Assembly: GCA_965201075.1 (NCBI GenBank)
Contig: CBDAVP010000016.1
Span: forward strand, 434,001 to 498,000
Length of the DNA stretch: 64,000 nt
Source: Isosphaeraceae bacterium
Lineage (GTDB): Bacteria > Planctomycetota > Planctomycetia > Isosphaerales > Isosphaeraceae
Direction: 5' to 3'
Shown: positions 11,738 to 22,300 of the stretch, in pieces
How the letters are laid out: each line of letters starts with the position of its first letter
How positions within the stretch are numbered: position 1 is the stretch's first letter
Notes under the pieces: generated by a model
Told to the model about the DNA's origin: nothing
Databases searched by the model: none
What the model saw: the letters and a program-made list of their open reading frames with translations, nothing else
Translations under genes and position numbers: made by a program

Positions 11738-12442
11738 TCACGGAGATTTCGGATCGAGCGAACGGACCTTGATGTTGCGATACCAGCAGTCGGAACCATG
11801 ATCCTGGAGGCCGACGTAACCGACCCGCGGGTGATCCTTGTAGGCGATGTCGAACTTGTGGGTCGAGCCATCGGGCCGGCGATTCGGCTCGGTCCACTGC
11901 TCCAGATCGACGTGGGTCACGGCCTGGTCGTTGATCGCCACGCCGATTTCGCCGCCTCGGCAGGTGATCCGGGCGTGATTCCACTGCCCGGCCGGCTTCA
12001 TCGCGTTTGCCTTTGGGCTCACCAGGTCGTAAATCGCCCCCGTGTCGTGCAGGCCGGCCTCGCGGGTGTCGTCGATGGCGATCTCGATCCCGTTGAACCC
12101 CACGTCCTTGCCGGGGCGAGCGGTGAGGGGAAAGGTCCTGACGAAGATGCCGCTGTTGCAACCCGGGCTGATTTTGAAGTCGAGGGCCAGCTCGAAGTCA
12201 CCCAGGGGTTCCCGGGCGACCAGCATGTAAGGGCAGGGGTGCGGGTTCAGAGTGCCGTCCTGGACGTGGGATTCCGCGACCGGGCCCTTTTCGATCGTCA
12301 TCCAACCGGCCGTGGTCTTCCCGTCGAAGAGGAGCCGCCAACCGTCGTGACGCTCGGCATCGGTCAACGTGTTGTCGTCGGCTCGGGCATGGGCAATGGC
12401 CAGGGCCATAGTCACCACCGTCAATGCCACGCGGGCGAACAT
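11738..12442 (-). CDS. Secreted DUF1080 / 3-keto-disaccharide hydrolase family protein
   Basis: Signal peptide; GWRLLFDGKT, DFELALDFK, NSGIF, GQWN, GYVGLQDHG..WYRNIKVR. Confidence 0.9.
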   Translation of the reverse strand: MFARVALTVVTMALAIAHARADDNTLTDAERHDGWRLLFDGKTTAGWMTIEKGPVAESHVQDGTLNPHPCPYMLVAREPLGDFELALDFKISPGCNSGIFVRTFPLTARPGKDVGFNGIEIAIDDTREAGLHDTGAIYDLVSPKANAMKPAGQWNHARITCRGGEIGVAINDQAVTHVDLEQWTEPNRRPDGSTHKFDIAYKDHPRVGYVGLQDHGSDCWYRNIKVRSLDPKSP

Positions 12443-12523
12443 CGGCAAGGCTCCGGGTTGTGAGATCCAGCAAGGACACGGCCGGTCGCGACCCATCGTC
12501 GCGACCGGCTGGCTCGACGAGCC

Positions 12524-13912
12524 TCAGAGCGTCCAGCCCTTGCGGTACTCGGTGTGGACGAACTCATTCAGCTCCGGGGCGTTCTTGACCCGGAGATTGG
12601 CGCTATCCCACTCCAGCCGTCGTCCCGGAGCCCTCAGGGCCAGCACGCCGAGCAGGACGATTTCGGTCAAGGGGCCGGCATAGTCGAAGTTCGACACCGG
12701 ACGCGGACCGCCCTTGCACGCCAGGAGCCATTCCTCGTAATGGCCCGGAGAACGCTCCATCGTCTTGGGGACCGCCCGCGCCGCGTCTTCCCGCGAGGGC
12801 GTGAGCAATTCGGGCATGCCGCCGTGAGACCCGTGGACCATCTTTCCCTTGCTGCCGACGTAGAGTACGCCATTGTCGGGCAAGGACTTGCCAGCGGCCA
12901 TTTCCAGAGGGGTCGGAGGCATCAGGCCGCCGTCGTACCAGGTCAGGCGGACGGGAGGTCGGTCGCCCCGGGCGGGGAACTCATAGGTAATCATCGAGGC
13001 GATCGGGTACGTCTCGGTGTTCGGCTTGTCGCCATCGATGACGGAGCCGTCCAGGGTCCGGCTCGCCTCAACGCTCGTCGGGGCCCCCAGTCCCAGGGCC
13101 CAGACCGGGTGGTCAATGATGTGACAACCCATGTCGCCCAGAGCGCCGGTGCCGAAATCCTGCCAGCCCCGCCAGCCAAAGGGGGCGTAAGCCGGGTTGT
13201 AGGGCCGTTCCTGGATCGGCCCCAGCCAAAGGTTCCAGTCCAGCGTTGAGGGGACCGGCGGCGTGTCGGTCGGACGGCCGATCCCCTGCTTCCACATGAC
13301 CCCAGCGCGGTCGGACCAGGTATGGACCTCGCGCACCTCGCCCAGGACTCCCGCCTGAATCCATTCGTTGGTGACCCGTGACCCCTCGGTCGCATGACCC
13401 TGGTTGCCCATCTGGGTCATCACCCCAGCCTCGTGGGCGGCCCGGGTCAACTCTCGACATTCCCGAAGGGTGTGTGTCAACGGCTTCTGACAGTAGACAT
13501 GCTTCCCCGCGCGGATCGCGGCCATCGAGGCGACGGCGTGGATGTGGTCGGGCGTGCCGACCGTCACGGCGTCGATGTGCTTGGCCTCCTTGTCGATCAA
13601 CTCTCGAAAATCCTTGTACCGTTTCGCCTTGGGGAAGGCGTCAAACACCTCTCGGGCCCGGTTTTCGTCCACGTCGCAAAGGGCGACGATGTTGGCGCCG
13701 TTCTTGGCGTGGGTCTGGATGTCGCCCCCGCCCATCCCCCCCGCGCCGATGCCGGCCAGGTCCACGCGCTCGCTCGGCGGAATGTGCCCCGGCCCTCCCA
13801 GGACGTGGCGGGGGACAATCATGAACCCCAGCGAAGCCGCGCCACCGGCCGCCAGGAAGGCCCGTCGGGTGGAGGTGTCCGGGGCGGTTGCGTCGTCTCG
13901 ACCTTCGCTCAT
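12524..13912 (-). CDS. Tat-exported Gfo/Idh/MocA oxidoreductase
   Basis: TRRAFL Tat motif, GIGAGGMG, TPDHIHA, HVYCQKP, GALGDMGCH. Confidence 0.93.
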   Translation of the reverse strand: MSEGRDDATAPDTSTRRAFLAAGGAASLGFMIVPRHVLGGPGHIPPSERVDLAGIGAGGMGGGDIQTHAKNGANIVALCDVDENRAREVFDAFPKAKRYKDFRELIDKEAKHIDAVTVGTPDHIHAVASMAAIRAGKHVYCQKPLTHTLRECRELTRAAHEAGVMTQMGNQGHATEGSRVTNEWIQAGVLGEVREVHTWSDRAGVMWKQGIGRPTDTPPVPSTLDWNLWLGPIQERPYNPAYAPFGWRGWQDFGTGALGDMGCHIIDHPVWALGLGAPTSVEASRTLDGSVIDGDKPNTETYPIASMITYEFPARGDRPPVRLTWYDGGLMPPTPLEMAAGKSLPDNGVLYVGSKGKMVHGSHGGMPELLTPSREDAARAVPKTMERSPGHYEEWLLACKGGPRPVSNFDYAGPLTEIVLLGVLALRAPGRRLEWDSANLRVKNAPELNEFVHTEYRKGWTL

Positions 13913-13948
13913 GGCAGAGTCCTCGGTGTTGGCGGCGATTGGAGAGAA

Positions 13949-15403
13949 TCAGGACAGGATTTCGCGGATGACCCGCCCCTCGACGTCGGTGAGGCGGAAG
14001 TCACGCCCCTGGAAGCGATAGGTCAATCGGGTGTGGTCGATCCCCAGCAGGTGGAGGACCGTTGCCTGGACATCGTGGGGATGAATCGGATTTTCCACGA
14101 CGTGAAAGCCAAGGTCGTCGGTGGCGCCAAAGGTCAGGCCCGGCTTCACGCCGCCCCCGGCCAGGAACATGGTGTTGGCGAATGGGTGGTGGTCGCGACC
14201 AACGTGGGGACCGGCGGCGGTGCGTCCTTCACGGAATGGGGTGCGGCCGAACTCTCCCATCCAGACGACCAGGGTCTCGTCCAGCAGGCCCCGGCGCTTC
14301 AGGTCGCGGATCAACGCGGAGACGGCCCGATCCATCCCCGCACACTGCTTGACGAGCCCGTCGCGGATGTCGTTGGACTCGGCGGTCCCGTGGAAGTCCC
14401 AGCCCCAGTCGAACAGTTGGATGAACCGGACCCCCTTTTCCACCAGCCGACGCGCCAGCAGGCAGTTGTTCGCGAAGCTGGCCGCTCCGGGCTTGGCTCC
14501 ATACTCCTCCAGAACCTCGGCGGGCTCGCGGGCCACGTCGAGCAGTTCCGGCACGACGACCTGCATCCGAAAGGCCATCTCATACTGGGCGACGCGGGTC
14601 AGTGTCTCGGGGTCGCCCGTCGCGGCCCCCCTCGCGTCGTTGAGGTCCTTCAGGGCGTCGAGACTGAGGCGTCGCAACGGCCGGCTCATCCCCTCGGGGT
14701 CGGACAGGTAGAGTACCGGGTCGCCACCGGTCCGACATTGCACCCCCTGATACACCGAAGGGAGAAACCCGCTCCCCCAACCCGCCTTCCCCGCGCTGGG
14801 GAGCGAACCGCCCGAGACGAACACGAGGAAGCCCGGCAGGTCGCGGCTCTCCGACCCGAGGCCATAGGTCACCCATGAACCGAACGAGGGACGGCCGTCG
14901 GCCCTGGGACTGCCAGTGAACAACAGCAGTTCGGCCGGTCCGTGATTGAACTGCTCGGTGCGGATTGACCGAAGGATCGTCAGTTCGTCGGCCAGTTCCG
15001 CCAACCTGGGTAACGCGGAGGAGACCCAGGCGCCGGACTGTCCCCGCTGCTCGAATTTCTGCGGGGTGCCCAGCAGCTTGGGAACACCCCCGGCGGTGAA
15101 CGCGAAGGTCTTGCCGGCGAGGAGCGAGTCGGGGCAGTCCTGCCCATCGCGGCGGGTCAACTCGGGCTTGTGGTCGAACAGGTCAAGCTGCGGCGGCCCG
15201 CCCGACATGCTCAGGAAGATGACGTTCTTGATCCGAGGCGCGAAATGCGGGGCGTGAGCACCGGCCGTCGAGGGCGAGTCACCCCTTGCCGAAGTCCCCA
15301 AAAGCGAGGCCAGGGCGACCCCGCCCAGCCCGAGCGAGCCGTCTCGGAGGAAGTGGCGGCGGGTCCGCTCGGCGAGGCGGTCGAGGGGGCGAACAGGGTC
15401 CAT
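13949..15403 (-). CDS. DUF1501 domain protein (planctomycete, sulfatase-like)
   Basis: TRRHFL Tat motif, SGGPPQLDLFDHKP, LARRLVEKGVRFIQL, WDFH, GEFGRTP, GRDHHP. Confidence 0.92.
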   Translation of the reverse strand: MDPVRPLDRLAERTRRHFLRDGSLGLGGVALASLLGTSARGDSPSTAGAHAPHFAPRIKNVIFLSMSGGPPQLDLFDHKPELTRRDGQDCPDSLLAGKTFAFTAGGVPKLLGTPQKFEQRGQSGAWVSSALPRLAELADELTILRSIRTEQFNHGPAELLLFTGSPRADGRPSFGSWVTYGLGSESRDLPGFLVFVSGGSLPSAGKAGWGSGFLPSVYQGVQCRTGGDPVLYLSDPEGMSRPLRRLSLDALKDLNDARGAATGDPETLTRVAQYEMAFRMQVVVPELLDVAREPAEVLEEYGAKPGAASFANNCLLARRLVEKGVRFIQLFDWGWDFHGTAESNDIRDGLVKQCAGMDRAVSALIRDLKRRGLLDETLVVWMGEFGRTPFREGRTAAGPHVGRDHHPFANTMFLAGGGVKPGLTFGATDDLGFHVVENPIHPHDVQATVLHLLGIDHTRLTYRFQGRDFRLTDVEGRVIREILS

Positions 15404-15430
15404 CGTCGGGCCTCCTCGATCTCGGAACAC

Positions 15431-17908
15431 TCAGGGGTTGGTCAGGAATTCATCGAGGTTCAGCAGGACGTTACCGACCACCGTCCACGCGGCGGCATCA
15501 AGCATATCAACCCCATTAGGCAGCGGGCCGATCGGCCGGGTCGCCATCGCCTCGGCCTTCGCGGGTTCCGGGAGCAGGTTCGCGCGGGCCGCCTCGTACA
15601 GGGCGACCAGGCGATCGGTTTCCCTAGCCTCGGCGGCGCGGGACAACGCCAGGCGGAGGCCGAACTCGGCGCGAGAGCGAATCGAATCGCCCCCTTCGGC
15701 GACCATCCGCCGTCCCAGGGCCTGAGCAGCCTCGACAAAGACCGGGTCGTTGAGCGTGACCAGAGCCTGGAGCGGTGTGTTGGTGCGAATCCGCCGCAGG
15801 TTGCAAACCGTCCGCTCTGGCGCGTCGAAGGTCGCCGCCGAGGGGTACGGCAGGTTGCGCCTCCACGACGTGTAAAGCGCCCGGCGATGGGCATCGTCGC
15901 CGAGGCTGGCCTGCCAGTCGGTCGTTGTGCCGAAGGCCGTCACGAGTCCATTGGCCGGCTGAGGCGGCCGCACCGGCGGTCCATGAAACCGCTGACTGAG
16001 CAGACCCGAAGCCGCCAGCGCCCGGTCCCGCACCGCCTCGGCCGACAGGCGGACCCGGGGCCCCCTGGCCAGCAACCGATTGGTCGGGTCTCGGGCGAGC
16101 AGGTCCGCATCGCCCCGGGACGACTGGCGATAAGTGGCCGAGGTCACCAGCAAGCGGAGCAACCGCTTCGTGTCCCAGCCCACTCGGACGTACTCCATCG
16201 CCAGCCAGTCGAGTAACTCCGGATGAGACGGCGCGGCCCCCTGATTGCCGAACTCCTCGCTGGTGGCGACCAGGCCAACGCCGAAAAGCTCCTGCCAGAG
16301 GCGGTTGACCGCGACCCGGGCCGTCAAGGGATTTTCGGGGTCGACGATCCAGCGGGCGAGGCCCAAGCGATCCAGCTTTTCGCCAACCGGAGGCGGATTC
16401 AATGCCGAGGGAAGCCCTGGACTGACCGGCTCGCCCCGGGATTGATAGTCCCCGCGGATCGCCACGAACGTGAGTCGGGACGGCCCTTCCTTCATCACCG
16501 GAGTCGTCGTGCCAACGGCGTCCCGGCGAGCCTTGGCGTCAAGGCGTTCCTGTTCCTGGGCCGACCACTCGGCCGAGAGCGGGCGGTAATGGTCGGCGAG
16601 CGTTTGAAGCTGCGCGGGGGAGCGGCTGGCCTCGGGGATTGCCAGGACGTCGCGGATGGGCTCGGGAAGTTTGACCCGATTGACGGAGGCTTCCCACGCC
16701 GGTCGCTCGGATTCCAGGCGGGCGGTCACGGCTTCCACACGTGTCTGAGCGGTGGCCAGGGCTTCGCTCGCGGCGGCGAACTCCGCCTCGTCGCCGACCT
16801 TTGGGGCGTCGACTGTCGGGGCGTCGGTGTTGTTGTCCTCGGTCGCGTTGAAGATGGCGAACAGTTGATAATACTCGACCTGGGAGAAGGGGTCATACTT
16901 GTGGTTGTGGCACTGGGCGCAGCCGATGGTACTCCCTAGCCAGACCTGCATCGTGGTGTTGACCCGATCGACGACCGCCGCGTGTCGGAACTCCTCGGGG
17001 GTGACGCCGCCTTCGAGGTTGTTCATCGTGTTGCGGTGAAACCCCGAGGCGATTACCTGTTCCGGCCTCGCGCCCGGCAGTAGGTCGCCCGCGAGGAAAT
17101 CGGTCGTCAGCTGGTCATACGGCCGATTCTGATTGAGGCCCCGGACGAGTCCATCCCGCCATCGCCAGATCGACCGGGGACCATCGTCGGCATACCCCTG
17201 AGAGTCGGCATAGCGGGCGAGGTCGAGCCACATCGTCGCCCACCGCTCGCCAAACGCCGGGCGGGCGAGCAGGCGGTCCACCGCCCGTTCGTAAGCCTCG
17301 GGCTGGTCGTCGGAGAGGAACTCGCGGACTTCCTCCAGAACGGGCGGCAGACCGGTCAGGTCAAGCGACGCCCTGCGCAACAGGGTCGCGCGGTCGGCCT
17401 CCGGCGAAGGCGTCAGGCCCTCGCGATCGAGCCGGGCCAGGATAAACCGATCGACGGCATTCCGGGCCCGGGACGGGTCGGACACGGTCGGCACCGCGGG
17501 GCGGATCGGCTTCCGATAGGCCCAGTGCGGAGTGTACTCGGCCCCCTGGGCGATCCAGCGGCGGAGGACGTCCACCTGGCCAGAGGTCAACGGCGGCCCC
17601 GACTTCGGCGGGGGCATCACCAACGTTTCGTCGTCGGTTATTAGCCGCTCGATCAGTCCGCCGGCCTCGGGATCGCCCGCGACGATGGCCGGCTCGCCGT
17701 CGGGACGCGTGGCCGTGGCCCCTTCCCGCAAGTCGAGCCGCAAGCCCGCTTTCTTCGCCCCGTCGTCGGGCCCGTGACAGCGGAAGCAACGGCCCGACAG
17801 GATCGGCCGGACGTCCCTTGAGAAGTCGACCGGCCGCCCCTCGGTCGGCGGCGAAGCCTCGGGCGCCAGTCCCAGGCAGGTGAGCATGGTCAGCCAGGAA
17901 ACCAACAA
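15431..17908 (-). CDS. PSD1/planctomycete cytochrome c protein (DUF1549 + DUF1553)
   Basis: VDFSRDVRPILSGRCFRCHG, WLDLARYADS, CAQCHNHKYDP, ARVAVNRLW, TNTPLQAL. Probable TTG start after a GGAGGGAGG RBS. Confidence 0.9.
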   Translation of the reverse strand: MLVSWLTMLTCLGLAPEASPPTEGRPVDFSRDVRPILSGRCFRCHGPDDGAKKAGLRLDLREGATATRPDGEPAIVAGDPEAGGLIERLITDDETLVMPPPKSGPPLTSGQVDVLRRWIAQGAEYTPHWAYRKPIRPAVPTVSDPSRARNAVDRFILARLDREGLTPSPEADRATLLRRASLDLTGLPPVLEEVREFLSDDQPEAYERAVDRLLARPAFGERWATMWLDLARYADSQGYADDGPRSIWRWRDGLVRGLNQNRPYDQLTTDFLAGDLLPGARPEQVIASGFHRNTMNNLEGGVTPEEFRHAAVVDRVNTTMQVWLGSTIGCAQCHNHKYDPFSQVEYYQLFAIFNATEDNNTDAPTVDAPKVGDEAEFAAASEALATAQTRVEAVTARLESERPAWEASVNRVKLPEPIRDVLAIPEASRSPAQLQTLADHYRPLSAEWSAQEQERLDAKARRDAVGTTTPVMKEGPSRLTFVAIRGDYQSRGEPVSPGLPSALNPPPVGEKLDRLGLARWIVDPENPLTARVAVNRLWQELFGVGLVATSEEFGNQGAAPSHPELLDWLAMEYVRVGWDTKRLLRLLVTSATYRQSSRGDADLLARDPTNRLLARGPRVRLSAEAVRDRALAASGLLSQRFHGPPVRPPQPANGLVTAFGTTTDWQASLGDDAHRRALYTSWRRNLPYPSAATFDAPERTVCNLRRIRTNTPLQALVTLNDPVFVEAAQALGRRMVAEGGDSIRSRAEFGLRLALSRAAEARETDRLVALYEAARANLLPEPAKAEAMATRPIGPLPNGVDMLDAAAWTVVGNVLLNLDEFLTNP

Positions 17909-18024
17909 CGCCTCCCTCCGATGCTGGTGGACTCGGCTCCCCTTCGCCCGGCCCCTCCATCCTCCAAACAGGATCGCCCACCCGGAGGTTGAGGACAATC
18001 CCCGCCCGGGGCTTGCCTTGACGA

Positions 18025-19332
18025 TTAAACCTCGGTCAACGCCTCTCGCGAGTCGCCCAACTCGGTCATCGGCAAGCCCGCCTTGTCCAGCAGCGAGAGA
18101 AATAGACTGCACATCTTCCGATTCGGGGAGTTGAGGTAGTCGAGAATCCGTCCCCCTCGCAACTTTCCGCCGCCGCCGCCGACCAGGACCACCGGCAACT
18201 GGTTCGCGTCGTGGCCGCCGTTCATCATGCTGGAGCAGAACATCAAGATCGAGTTGTCCAGCGCCGTTCGCTCCCCCTCCTGGATCGCGTCGAGCTTGCG
18301 GGCCACATACGCCACCTGCTCGGTGAAGAACTGGTTGACCTTGAGCCAGTCGGCCGAGTCGGAGTGCGACAGCAGGTGGTGGATCATGTAGTCAACGCCC
18401 AGGTGCGGGAACCTCAACGAGCTATGGTCGTTGTTGAGCTTCACCGTGCCGACGCGGGTGGAATCGGTCTGGAACCCCAAAACGAGGATGTCGCCCATCA
18501 AACGCATGTGTTCGGCGATGTCCTGGGGAATGCCGTCGGCGGGTCTTGGCAGGTTGGGAGCGGCCAGGGTCGGCTTCCAGCCCTGAACCTCGCCGCGACG
18601 GCCGGCGTTCTCGATCCGTTGCTCAACTTCGCGGACCGACTCCAGGTATTCGTCCAGCTTGCGGCGGTCCGAAAGACTGACGTCCTGGCGGAAGTCGCGG
18701 GCGTCGTCCAGCACCGCGTCCAGCACGCTTTCCTCGCCGAGACGGGCCTCGTCCTTGAACAGTCGGTCGAACGCCAGGGCCGGGTAGAGCTCCAAGGGCG
18801 TTGGGCTGGTTGGCGAACTCCAGGAGATGTGCGAGCTATAGAGCATCGAGTAATTCTTGTGGACCGCCGGGTTGGGATGCTCGCAACCCAGGACGAGGCT
18901 TGGCACCTTGGTCGCCCGCCCGTGGGCCTGGGCCAGCAACTGGTCAAAACTTGTCCCCGAGCGAATCTCACCACCCGAGGCCAGCGGAGCCCCCGAAAGC
19001 AAGTTGCCAGTCTGCGAGCTATGGATGTTTCCCTTCAGAGCCTCGGCGTTATACAAGCCGCGGACGAAGACCATCTTGCGGCGGAAGTCTTCCAGGGGGG
19101 TAAGCACTTTCCCCAACTCCAACGAGTCCCCCTGTCCCTTCGCCCACCATTCCTTGCTGTGATACCCGTTGCCCGAAAAGAACACTCCGAGGCGGACCGG
19201 GGCCTCGCCGGCCGGGCGGGTCGACGCCGAGACCTCGGCCCCCCAGACGTTACGCGACTCCATCCAGGGCAACGCCATGCTGACGCCAACCCCGCGGAGG
19301 AACGTGCGGCGAGAGAACAAGGAATGGCTCAT
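18025..19332 (-). CDS. DUF1552 domain protein
   Basis: SRRTFLRGVGVSMALPWMES Tat N-terminus, KLDEYLESVREVE, HHLLSH, LDNS. Confidence 0.9.
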   Translation of the reverse strand: MSHSLFSRRTFLRGVGVSMALPWMESRNVWGAEVSASTRPAGEAPVRLGVFFSGNGYHSKEWWAKGQGDSLELGKVLTPLEDFRRKMVFVRGLYNAEALKGNIHSSQTGNLLSGAPLASGGEIRSGTSFDQLLAQAHGRATKVPSLVLGCEHPNPAVHKNYSMLYSSHISWSSPTSPTPLELYPALAFDRLFKDEARLGEESVLDAVLDDARDFRQDVSLSDRRKLDEYLESVREVEQRIENAGRRGEVQGWKPTLAAPNLPRPADGIPQDIAEHMRLMGDILVLGFQTDSTRVGTVKLNNDHSSLRFPHLGVDYMIHHLLSHSDSADWLKVNQFFTEQVAYVARKLDAIQEGERTALDNSILMFCSSMMNGGHDANQLPVVLVGGGGGKLRGGRILDYLNSPNRKMCSLFLSLLDKAGLPMTELGDSREALTEV

Positions 19333-19385
19333 CGGGCACCTCGATCGGTGAGAAAGGCGTGTAGGATTGGGACCGGTTGGGAATC

Positions 19386-22300
19386 TCAAGGGTTGTCCGT
19401 GTCCGGAGCGTCGGCGCCGCGGATTTCCCGGAACTGACGGCTCAGGACGATCGACTCCACCGCGGCGCCGACGCGATAGTTCTCGGCCTTCAGCCGGCTC
19501 TGGATCTCGTCGAGCAACGGTTCATCGGAAAGCTGAACCCCTCGGCCCAGGGCATAACCCAGCAGTTTCCGACAGAACTGGCCGACGACGGCCTCTCGCC
19601 GTTCGCCCAGAAGGTAACGCCGCAAGCCCTCGACCCCGTCGAACTCATTCCCGTCGAGCAACCGGGCGTGGTCGTCGATCGGGTGGTTGGCGACATCGCG
19701 GTCTCGCCAACGGCCGATCGCGTCATACCCTTCCAGGGCGAACCCATACGGGTCCATCCGGGCATGGCAGCCGGAGCAACGCTCGTCGGCGGTATGCGCC
19801 ATCACCAATTCTCGAACCGACTTTCCGCCACCGGCCCCTTCATCCTCAGGCAGCAATGGCACATCCTTCGGGGGCTTGGGCAGCTTCTCGCCCAGGAGGG
19901 TCTCGGTCACCCAATTCCCCCGCAGGATCGGGCTCGTTCGCGACGCCCCCGCCTCCTTGGCCAGCGTCGCCGAAAGGCCGAGGACGCCGCCTCGGTGGTA
20001 AGCTCGCACGCCATCGACCCGTCGCCACTCCGGTCCCGCAACGTCCGGGATGCCGTAATGCTCCGCGAGCGGACCATTCAGAAAGGCGTGGTCGGCGTCG
20101 AGGATCGACAAGACCGAGGCGTCGGTCGCGAACAGGTCGGCGAAGAAGCGAATCGCCTCCTCGGCCATCGCTCCCCGCAGGCCCGGGAACGTCGGGAAGT
20201 GCCGCTCGCTCTTTTCATTCAGGTCGGCGAACCCGTAGACGTGCAACCATTGACAGGCGAATTCCTCGGCCAGCCGCCGGTTCTCGGCCGACCGCAAGAG
20301 CCTACGAGTTTGCGAGACGAGAACCTCCGGGTCACGCAACTGCCCCGCCGCCGCCGCTTCTCGCAGTGCCGAGTCGGGCGCGGAGGAGCGCAGGAAGTAA
20401 GCGAGGCGGGTCGCCATCTCCCAGTCGGAGACCGGCCCGGCCGCCGGACCGGCGGGAGCCTTCTCGATCCGATACAAGAACGGCGGGGCGACCAGGATGC
20501 GGGCCAAGGTCAGACGAATCGCCTCGTCGTGAGGTAACTCTTCCCGACGCAGCCTGGCGTAAAGGTCGCGAAGGCCTTTTTCCTCCGAGGCGATCAAGGG
20601 CCGTCGGTAGGCCAGGTTCGCCCAGGAGATCGCCGCGTCAAGCTGCCGAGGCTCGGCGGCGACCAGAGTGCCGCGGAACGCCTCGGCATGGTCGCGGATC
20701 GGCTTGCGGTACGGTTCGAACATCCGGGGGTCGCCGTCCTGGGTGGCGTACTCCATCAGGTGGTCGAACGCCTCGACCTGGGTCAGGGCGTCCTGGCTGA
20801 CAAAGTGCAATTCGTCCCACAGCCGATCCAGCCGGGCGCTTTCCGCCTCATCGAGCATCAGCCGTCGCAAGGGCTCGTCGTCCCGGTGGAACAAGGTCAG
20901 GGTGACTGCCTCGTCGACCGGGACGATCTTCTCGTAGCAGAGGGCGGCCGGGAATCGCTCGCGGAAGTCGTCGAACGCCCGGACGAAACGTCCCAGTTCC
21001 TCCCCCTCGACGACCAAAACCAGGGTGTCGGCGCGCAGTCCTTCGCCGGTCGTCGGTCGCTCGCCCAACAGCCGGGCCTGGGTCCAGCCTTGCGACCCAT
21101 CTCTCGGCCGCAAGACCAGCGACCCGACCAACTCTCCCCCCGCCGCCAGGTCCGCCGGCAGGCGAATCTCGACCACCGTCGGCGTCCGCAGGGAAAGGGT
21201 CTCGGGAGGGAGGGGTTGACACTTGAGACCTTTCCCGAACGTCGAAGGATCAAGCCCCCACGCCGAACCGTCCTCTCCGATCGCCGCCCGGTCCGCCAGC
21301 AAGGGGCCGCCGATCGCGGTCAACTGCCGGACCATCGCCCCGTCGGGACCATCACCGGCCGCCGCCGAACCCGCCTCCAGCTTCCGCTGAACCTCGGCCG
21401 CCAGCGTTCGGCGTGCATCGCGGTCCTGGGTGGCGAGCCACCGTTCGAGTACCGAACCGGAAGGCACCATCCGCGTCCGGTCGGTTCCCTGGATGGCTTC
21501 CCGATAAAACCGCCAGACGCCGGGCCGTCCCGAGGCGTCAGCGTGGGGGTTCCCCGCCAGGATGTCGGGAGCGACCTCGCGAGCCAGGTCCCAAACCCGC
21601 CCTTCGCCCCCCACTTCCTCGATTCGCAGGTCGACCGCCGTGAGGTCGCAGGCATGATTGTCCCGAGGTCCGATCAGGACCGAGATCAACTCTCCAGGCT
21701 TGACGGCCAGCCCTTCCACCGGCCCGAGCGGCCGAGGCGGACCCCCCGCCATCTCACCGGAGGCCAGCCGCCGTCGAGACGATCCCGAGCGAGCCTCCAG
21801 GACCCAGGTCACGCCATTGCCGCACTCGGGATGGACATGCTCGACGGCGCCGGTCAACTTCACGGTCATCGTCGAGGGGCTCGACCAGCCGACCGCCACC
21901 AGTGAATCCGGACCCGGGTGGACAGCGAACCCGTGGGCTTTCAGGTGTCCGGGAATCGGCAAGTCCACGCCAGAGGAGTTCGCGACCACGTTGGGAGTTT
22001 CCGGGGACCCCCAGCCTTTCACGGCCGACTGCCCACCCGCTCCCTGAGTTTGTTCGGTCAACAACTCGACCCGAAGATTCTGATCCCCGTCCAGCCCCAG
22101 ATACGCCAACCACGCCCGAAGGGTCTCTGGCTCCACCTGGTACTTCGCCGCCAGCGACGCGGAGTCTATCCCCTCGGCGACCTCGGCCGCGGCTTCCAGA
22201 CAGGCCGAGACACTGGCAATCACCCGCGGCCTGCGAGCGGCCATCGCGGCGGTGAAGGCTCGTAAGTCGCGAAGGCGGTACTCGGCCTGCCCGGGCTTGA

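Noticed and set aside
19367..20800. Long Arg/Pro-rich plus-strand ORFs here and opposite many other genes
   Set aside because: Typical high-GC antisense or off-frame shadow ORFs over well-supported genes
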